Shown piece by piece: positions 58,402 through 64,000 of a stretch of DNA of 64,000 nt. The stretch's first letter is position 1, and each line of letters begins with the position of its first letter. The notes under the pieces were generated by a model that was given only the letters and a program-made list of their open reading frames with translations, did not search any database and was not told where the DNA came from. The stretch is from Actinomycetota bacterium (GTDB lineage Bacteria; Actinomycetota; Acidimicrobiia; Spongiisociales; UBA4744), in NCBI GenBank assembly GCA_013152275.1, contig JAADGS010000018.1, positions 80,136 through 144,135 of the forward strand, written 5' to 3'. A program made the position numbers and the translations under genes.

Positions 58402-59018
58402 CGCAGTCGCGGATTCAGCGTGTACGTGCCGGTGGTCGAGGCGCTCGCCAGGACGTGGCCATCGATCGCCTCACGCACGTCCGCGCCGGAGAACGCGCCG
58501 TCGACGGCCAAGTGGTGGACGTCGAGCGCGTACGCGGTGAAGACGTAATGGTGCATGAGTGAGTCGTTCCACGGGGGGCACGGCCCGTCGTAGCCGTAGT
58601 AATCCCCGGCCATGTCCTTGTCACCGACGAACCAGTTCGTGTAGTCGTTGATGCCGTGGCGGCCGAACGGTGCCGTCGGCCCCTTGCCACGAGGCACGAC
58701 ACCATCGGAGCAGGATCCCTCGGCAATCCCCTCCATGGCCGGGTCGATGTCGACGAGGACCCAGTGGAAGAAGTTGGTGCGAGGAAGGTCCGGTGGTACC
58801 TCACGGCCTTCTTTGTTGACGTCGTCGGGCTTGGTCGGGACGACGGGATCGTGGCAGATCAGCGCCAGCGACCGTGTTCCCTCCGGAAGATCCGTCCACG
58901 TCAGCGCCGGATTCCGGTTGGGCCCGAACGTCGCGTGCGTGTCGGGATCCGGCACACAGAAGGCGAAATCGCCGGGGATCGGATGACCGTCTTCGAAACT
59001 CGAACTACTCAATCGCAT
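58398..59018 (-). CDS. PEBP-family (YbhB/YbcL, Raf-kinase-inhibitor-like) protein
   Basis: PEBP signature blocks DPDTHATFGP...FHWVLVDI...HHYVFTAYALD are present. Confidence 0.8.
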   Translation of the reverse strand: MRLSSSSFEDGHPIPGDFAFCVPDPDTHATFGPNRNPALTWTDLPEGTRSLALICHDPVVPTKPDDVNKEGREVPPDLPRTNFFHWVLVDIDPAMEGIAEGSCSDGVVPRGKGPTAPFGRHGINDYTNWFVGDKDMAGDYYGYDGPCPPWNDSLMHHYVFTAYALDVHHLAVDGAFSGADVREAIDGHVLASASTTGTYTLNPRLR

Positions 59019-59097
59019 GAGATCACCTCCATGGCGGAGGCTAGCGCCGTCGTCCGGTCAGGAACACCGCTCATGGGCCCGATTGAGCTCGTCTCCG

Positions 59098-59152
59098 TTG
59101 AACCCTGGGCTCAGGGGGGTCGTGACGACCCCTACGAGCCCTGGGTTCGCAG
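59098..59152. repeat. Quasi-palindromic ~50-bp element, family B copy 2
   Basis: Lies between the PEBP gene start and the P-type ATPase stop, and the ATPase stop is inside the element. Confidence 0.6.
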
Positions 59153-61819
59153 GGTTTTGGCGGTTTCGACGACGAGGAAGATCGGGACCGCAACGGCGAG
59201 CATGAGCAGCCAGTCCTCCCAACGAAGCGGAACGGTGTGGAGCACCTTCTGCAGAAACGGAACGTAGACGGCCGCCACCTGGGCGCCGACGGTGAGCACC
59301 CACGCTCCGATCACCCACGGGTTCGTCCAGAAACCGATGCTGCGCAGAGGTCGGCGCAGCGACCGGAAGTTGAAGACGTTCATCTTCTCCAACAGGATGA
59401 TGCCGGTGAAGGCCACCGTCTGTGCAGTGGCGATCGCCTCGGGGCTGCGGCCCAGCGTCGCGAGATAGTGGTGGAAGAGCCACAGGGTCCCGATGCCGAT
59501 GTAGCCCCCGAGTCCGAGGAGCAGCGCGGCGCCCGTCTTGTTCAGGATCGGTTCTCTGGCTCCTCTCGGCGGCTGTTCCATGAGGTCTTTCGATCCCGGT
59601 TCGAGGCCCAGAGCGACGGCGGTCATGCCGTCGGTGACGAGGTTCATCCACAGAATCTGGACGGGGAGCAGGATGAGCGGTCCCTTCAGCAGGATGTTGA
59701 CGAACACGGCGACGACCTCTCCCGTGTTCGAGGAAAGGAGGTATCGAACGAACTTCTGGATGTTGTCGTACTGGCGGCGCCCCTCTTCCACCGCCCCGAC
59801 GATCGAGGCGAAGTTGTCGTCGGTCAGCACCATGTCGGACGCGGCCTTGGCCACGTCGGTACCGCGCAGGCCCATCGCGATGCCGATGTCGGCCTTCTTG
59901 AGCGCGGGGGCGTCGTTCACACCGTCGCCCGTCATCGCCACGATGTTTCCCTGGTCTTGGAGGTGGGTGACGATCCGCAGCTTGTGTTCGGGGGTGGTTC
60001 GTGCGAACAGGACGTCATGGGTGAGGAGCTCGTCGAGAGCCCCGTCGTCCATCGTGTCGAGTTCGCCACCGGTCACGGCACGTTCGACGTCCATGCCGAC
60101 GTGCCGGCCGATCGCGATCGCCGTCTCCGGTGCGTCGCCGGTGATCATGATCGGGCGGACCCCCGCCTCACGTGCCAGTGCGATGGCGGCGGGCACCTCG
60201 GGTCGGGGCGGATCGATGATTCCGACGACACCGAGCAGCGTCAGGTCGCTCTCGACCTTGTCCTCGTCGAGTTCGATGTTGGCCGGGAGCACCCTGCGCG
60301 CGAGAGCGAGCGTGCGCAGACCCTGTCCGGCGAGGAAGCGGTACGCGTCTTCGAAGGCGGTTCGGTCCTCATCGGTGAGGTCTCGCTCGGCCGTGCCCTC
60401 GAGGATCCGGGTGGCGCGCGAAAGGATCACTTCCGGGGCACCTTTCGTGAAGGCGACGAGTCCCTCGGGCCGGTGTGCCACGACGGTCATGCGTTTGCGG
60501 GCCGAGTTGAACGAGAACTCGGTGACACCCGCGCCGCCGCCGTCCGGAGTCAGCCACGCCTTGTATGCGGCGACGACGAGAGCGGCCTCGGTCGGTTCAC
60601 CGAGCTGCCTCCACCCGCCGTCGGTCTTGGTGACTCGGGCGTGGTTGCAGACCAGGCCGGTTTCGAGAAGGGCGAGCAGGTCCGGTCGGGTCCGGTGGTC
60701 GAGCTTCTGCCCGTCGACGGTGAAGTGGCCTTTCGGATCGTAGCCCACTCCGGTGATCTGCACGGGGCCCGCCGGCATCCAGATCCGTGTCACCGTCATC
60801 TCGTTCTTCGTCAAGGTTCCGGTCTTGTCCGTGCAGATCACCGTCGCCGAACCGAGCGCCTCGGCGGCCTGAAGGCGGCGAAGGAGGGCGTGACGTCTGA
60901 CCATCGCCCTGATCCCGAGTGCGAGGGTGATCGTGACGACTGCGGGGAGGCCCTCCGGCACGACGGCGACGGCGAGGGATACACCGGTGAGGAACATCTC
61001 GAGGAGGGGTTTGCCCAGGATGATGCCGACGAGGGCGACACCGGCGGAGATGGCGATCGAGATGACACCGAGCTGCTTGCCGAGCACCGCCAGTTTGCGT
61101 TGCAGCGGTGTGGGGTCTTGACCGAGGCTTTGGGTGAGCTCCGCGATCTTGCCGAACACCGTGGCCATGCCGGTGGCGACGACGATGCCGAGCGCCCTCC
61201 CGTTCGTCACGTTGGTGCCCATCCACACCATGGGGGTGCGTTCCGCAAGGTGCGTGTCGCCGGGTACGGGGTCCGTGTCCTTGTGCACGGAGCCCGACTC
61301 GCCGGTGAGTGCCGATTCGTCGACCTTGAGGTTGAGGCTCTCGACCAGACGGAGGTCGGCGGGGACCTGGTCGCCGATCTCGAGGGTGACGAGATCGCCC
61401 GGGACGAGATCGGTCCTGTCGATCTCCATCGGTTCTCCGGCCCTGGTCACACTGCAGGTCGGTGAGAGCATGCTGCGAAGCGCTTCGAGCGCCTGCTCGG
61501 CCTTCCATTCCTGAACGAACCCGAGCGCGCCGTTGAGCACGACGATGATCAGGATCGTGACGGCATCGGCGACTTCGCCGACCACGAAGGAGACCGCGGC
61601 GGCGATGAGCAGGATGATGATGAGCACATCGGTGAACTGGCGTGCGAGCACCTGATATCGGCGTGCGGCGGGGACTTCTTGGATGCGGTTCGCCCCGTGC
61701 CGCTCGAGGCGGGCGACTGCTTCGGCATGACCGAGGCCGTCTCGCTCGTTGGTGTCGAGCCGGGCGACGGCCTCCGTGACCGAGATGGTGTGCCAGTCGT
61801 CCGTTGTCTGTGCATCCAT
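59132..61819 (-). CDS. Cation-transporting P-type ATPase (type II, Ca2+/Mg2+-ATPase-like)
   Basis: Motifs TGES, DKTGTLT and GDGVNDAPAL are present, with a Cation_ATPase_N-type N-terminus and 10 TM segments. Start is taken at MDAQTTDDWH (61819). The first 102 codons of the track ORF lack coding signal. Confidence 0.85.
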   Translation of the reverse strand: MDAQTTDDWHTISVTEAVARLDTNERDGLGHAEAVARLERHGANRIQEVPAARRYQVLARQFTDVLIIILLIAAAVSFVVGEVADAVTILIIVVLNGALGFVQEWKAEQALEALRSMLSPTCSVTRAGEPMEIDRTDLVPGDLVTLEIGDQVPADLRLVESLNLKVDESALTGESGSVHKDTDPVPGDTHLAERTPMVWMGTNVTNGRALGIVVATGMATVFGKIAELTQSLGQDPTPLQRKLAVLGKQLGVISIAISAGVALVGIILGKPLLEMFLTGVSLAVAVVPEGLPAVVTITLALGIRAMVRRHALLRRLQAAEALGSATVICTDKTGTLTKNEMTVTRIWMPAGPVQITGVGYDPKGHFTVDGQKLDHRTRPDLLALLETGLVCNHARVTKTDGGWRQLGEPTEAALVVAAYKAWLTPDGGGAGVTEFSFNSARKRMTVVAHRPEGLVAFTKGAPEVILSRATRILEGTAERDLTDEDRTAFEDAYRFLAGQGLRTLALARRVLPANIELDEDKVESDLTLLGVVGIIDPPRPEVPAAIALAREAGVRPIMITGDAPETAIAIGRHVGMDVERAVTGGELDTMDDGALDELLTHDVLFARTTPEHKLRIVTHLQDQGNIVAMTGDGVNDAPALKKADIGIAMGLRGTDVAKAASDMVLTDDNFASIVGAVEEGRRQYDNIQKFVRYLLSSNTGEVVAVFVNILLKGPLILLPVQILWMNLVTDGMTAVALGLEPGSKDLMEQPPRGAREPILNKTGAALLLGLGGYIGIGTLWLFHHYLATLGRSPEAIATAQTVAFTGIILLEKMNVFNFRSLRRPLRSIGFWTNPWVIGAWVLTVGAQVAAVYVPFLQKVLHTVPLRWEDWLLMLAVAVPIFLVVETAKTLRTQGS

Positions 61820-61994
61820 GCGGTGCCGCAGGTTAGCGATTGTCGCCGGCAGCCCGGTGAGCGCCAGATCTGCGCGGTACGGGACGATGTGGCCGGGTGA
61901 CGTACAGACGAACGGCGGCGTTGTGGGCGAGAGGCGGCGAACGGCCGTGGGCGGAAGGCGACGCGGGGACTCGGGTGCCGTAGAGTCTCCTTTC

Positions 61995-62909
61995 GTGAAC
62001 GCGGCCCGTTTCCTCAGAAGAACAGTGGCAATCGGAGCACTCGGTGCCATCTCGGTCGTGTACTCGGAGGCGCTCTTCTGGGCACGATGGAGACCCGGCG
62101 ACAGCGTGGGCGGATACCTGGTCACCTGGGCCGCCTACAGCCTGGTCGTGTACCTCGTGCTGGCGGCGATCGAACACTTCGGCGTTCGCGGCGTGCTCGG
62201 CATCGCTCTCGCCGGAGCGATCTTCGGCTGGCTCGTCGAGGGAGCCGTGGCGGTGACGCTCTACAGAGACCTTCCGTGGAGCATCTCGTGGACCGCGCTC
62301 GCCTGGCATGGACTGCTCACCGTCGTCTTCGGTTGGTTCCTCGTTCCTCGAGCACTTGCCACGTGGCCGCTGCGGCGGCTGGTCCGGTGGTCCGTTCTGG
62401 TCGGGGCGGTATGGGGCATCTGGGCGATCGGCTGGAGGGTGCAGGATGGCTCCTGGACGCCCGTCGTGTCGTTTGGCCTGTTCGCGTTCGGCACGGCCCT
62501 GGTCCTCGTCCTGGGGTATGTCCTGTGGCAACGGGCCTACGTACCGGCGCGTCCTCAACGCTGGCTGATCCTTGGGGCAGCAGCTCTGCTCGCCCTGTCC
62601 GCGGCGATTCAGGCGGGAGCGATCGCCGTCGTACTGCCCGCACTGGTCGGTGTCGTGGTTGTCGTGATGAGGACCGGGCGGGGGAGGTTCGACGGATCCG
62701 GGCTCGTACCCGAGGAACCCATCCGGGCCTCTGCGCTGACGGCGCCGCCGATCGCCGCAGCGAGCGCGGTGGTCGTCTACGCGGCGTTGCAGTCCGCAAA
62801 CGTCGTCTCCAACACCGCTGCGGTCTTCTACCTGTTCAGCATGCCCGCAGGGTTCGTCGTTCTGGTCGCGGCCGTGTCGAGCGTGCTCAAAGGGATGAAG
62901 GTTTCCTGA
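61995..62909 (+). CDS. Polytopic membrane protein of unknown function
   Basis: Has 8-9 hydrophobic helices and good GC3 bias. A GTG start is assumed, and the start is uncertain. Confidence 0.4.
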   Translation: MNAARFLRRTVAIGALGAISVVYSEALFWARWRPGDSVGGYLVTWAAYSLVVYLVLAAIEHFGVRGVLGIALAGAIFGWLVEGAVAVTLYRDLPWSISWTALAWHGLLTVVFGWFLVPRALATWPLRRLVRWSVLVGAVWGIWAIGWRVQDGSWTPVVSFGLFAFGTALVLVLGYVLWQRAYVPARPQRWLILGAAALLALSAAIQAGAIAVVLPALVGVVVVVMRTGRGRFDGSGLVPEEPIRASALTAPPIAAASAVVVYAALQSANVVSNTAAVFYLFSMPAGFVVLVAAVSSVLKGMKVS

Positions 62910-62960
62910 CCGTTCCCTGCTCGCACGTGCACGTGCCGCCTATCATCTGTGAGGATTCAG

Positions 62961-64000
62961 ATGTCCGATCACACACAGGGAATCAAGAAGGACGTCGCAG
63001 AGGTCAAATTCCTCGTTCACGACCTTCGCGTCGAACGGTTCATCGACGAGGTCATCCATTTCCACGTCGGACTGGACACCGACCTGGAGTTGTACGGGAT
63101 CAAGGACCTCGGCCTGCCGACAGGCAAGGACCTGCTCGCCCTCCGAGCGAGAGCCGCCGAGCTGCGGGCCGTGTACAACGAATACGGCGAGGCGGTGCGG
63201 GGCTTTGCGGATCCTTCGGTGGTGCTTGCGGTCGGCAACCGGTACATCCGCTTGATCCACAGTCTCTGCGAGCTGATCCTGCATCCTCTCTGGAGCCACA
63301 TCGAAGAGGCGATGACGCTCCTCCCCGCCGAGTCCAGGACCGTGCGGTCGCGAAGCCACTACCGCAACACGATTCGTTGGCTGTGCGGGGTCTACTACCG
63401 GATCGAGCATTTCTGGGCGGAGCTGAGGGACGAAGACGTCACCGAGGTCTTCGATGTGGCGGGAGACATCGAGGATTATGTGCGCAACGTGGTCTACGGG
63501 TATGTGACCGAGAAGAGCTCGGCGCGCGTCGAGCTGGAGATCGGAAACCTCGAGCCTGCCGTCGTGAGCGGCAACCGGTTCAGATTCCGGCGCATGTACT
63601 TCAACCTGATCATGAACGCCGTCGATGCGATGGCAGACAAGAAGCTCGGGTTGATCCGCATCGACGAACGGACCGAGGGCGACGAGGTCGTACTGACCGT
63701 TCGAGACGACGGATCGGGCATGGCCCCCGACAAGGTTCGCCAGTTACTCACCGATCGCGAGACCCTCGACGGTGAGTTGCACTCGCTCGGATTCGTGTTT
63801 GTGCGCCAGACGGTCGCCGACTTCGGCGGGCGGGTGTCCATCGACAGTGCACTTGGAGAAGGCACGACGGTCACGGTACGGCTCCCCTACATGAAGGGCG
63901 CACCGATTCCTCCCCGCAGGGGATCCTTCTGCAAGGAGTACGACATCGCGTCGGTCGAAGAGGAACGGGTGGCGGCACATCCTTCCGTGAAGCCGGCTCC
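62961..64000 (+). CDS. GHKL/HATPase_c-domain protein (histidine-kinase-like ATPase), 3'-truncated by the window end
   Basis: GAGGA lies 5 nt before ATG 62961. N-box FNLIMNAVDA, G1 RDDGSGM and G2 LGFVFV are present. No obvious HisKA H-box is seen, and the ORF runs off the window. Confidence 0.6.
   Translation, partial: MSDHTQGIKKDVAEVKFLVHDLRVERFIDEVIHFHVGLDTDLELYGIKDLGLPTGKDLLALRARAAELRAVYNEYGEAVRGFADPSVVLAVGNRYIRLIHSLCELILHPLWSHIEEAMTLLPAESRTVRSRSHYRNTIRWLCGVYYRIEHFWAELRDEDVTEVFDVAGDIEDYVRNVVYGYVTEKSSARVELEIGNLEPAVVSGNRFRFRRMYFNLIMNAVDAMADKKLGLIRIDERTEGDEVVLTVRDDGSGMAPDKVRQLLTDRETLDGELHSLGFVFVRQTVADFGGRVSIDSALGEGTTVTVRLPYMKGAPIPPRRGSFCKEYDIASVEEERVAAHPSVKPA

Noticed and set aside
59237-61465. 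742-aa plus-strand ORF
   Set aside because: It is antisense to the P-type ATPase, which carries DKTGTLT and GDGVNDAPAL.
62087-63775. 562-aa plus-strand ORF
   Set aside because: It is out of frame with the membrane protein and GHKL genes and has an Arg/Gly-rich low-complexity translation.

Overview
This is a GC-rich bacterial chromosomal segment with strong third-codon-position GC bias. Gene content (Bpa proteasome activator, WS/DGAT, DUF222-HNH, eno-ftsB-DUF501, Tad pilus genes) suggests an actinobacterium. It is dense in housekeeping genes. Over half of the long ORFs in the six-frame track are antisense or out-of-frame GC artefacts and were discarded. Reading left to right, the supported genes are: a LytR_C envelope protein, an AI-2E transporter, a complete branched-chain amino-acid ABC operon (livKHMGF), alaX, a CvpA-CAP fusion protein, WS/DGAT, an OCD plus FAD-oxidoreductase pair, tRNA-Arg(CCT) with a decayed island (DUF222-HNH gene and an HsdM N-terminal remnant), a MetB-family PLP enzyme, a lipoprotein with a degenerate trypsin-like domain, a SHOCT protein, arsR-arsM, a four-gene ABC-2 exporter, a HAD hydrolase, a NYN/OST-HTH protein, gdhA, a CBS-ClC channel, a multi-PAS histidine kinase next to bpa, a Tad/Flp pilus locus, then rplY-pth-glpK-usp, a tryptophanase-family lyase, pgsA, an epimerase, mfd, a parvulin lipoprotein, a YabN/MazG fusion, eno-ftsB-DUF501, a HIT protein, tRNA-Leu(TAA), a methyltransferase, a PEBP protein, a P-type ATPase and a partial GHKL protein. 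No CRISPR array, rRNA or recognisable integrase/transposase gene is present. The most unusual feature set is the Tad/Flp locus at 35981-42283: cpaB, tadZ, tadA, an apparently fused tadB-tadC ORF, an unannotated Flp pilin, two TadE-like pseudopilins and a frameshifted TadG-like gene. Other points worth a second look are a heptad-phased GTA tandem motif recurring in three promoter regions and two families of ~50-bp hairpin repeats, one of which brackets tRNA-Leu.
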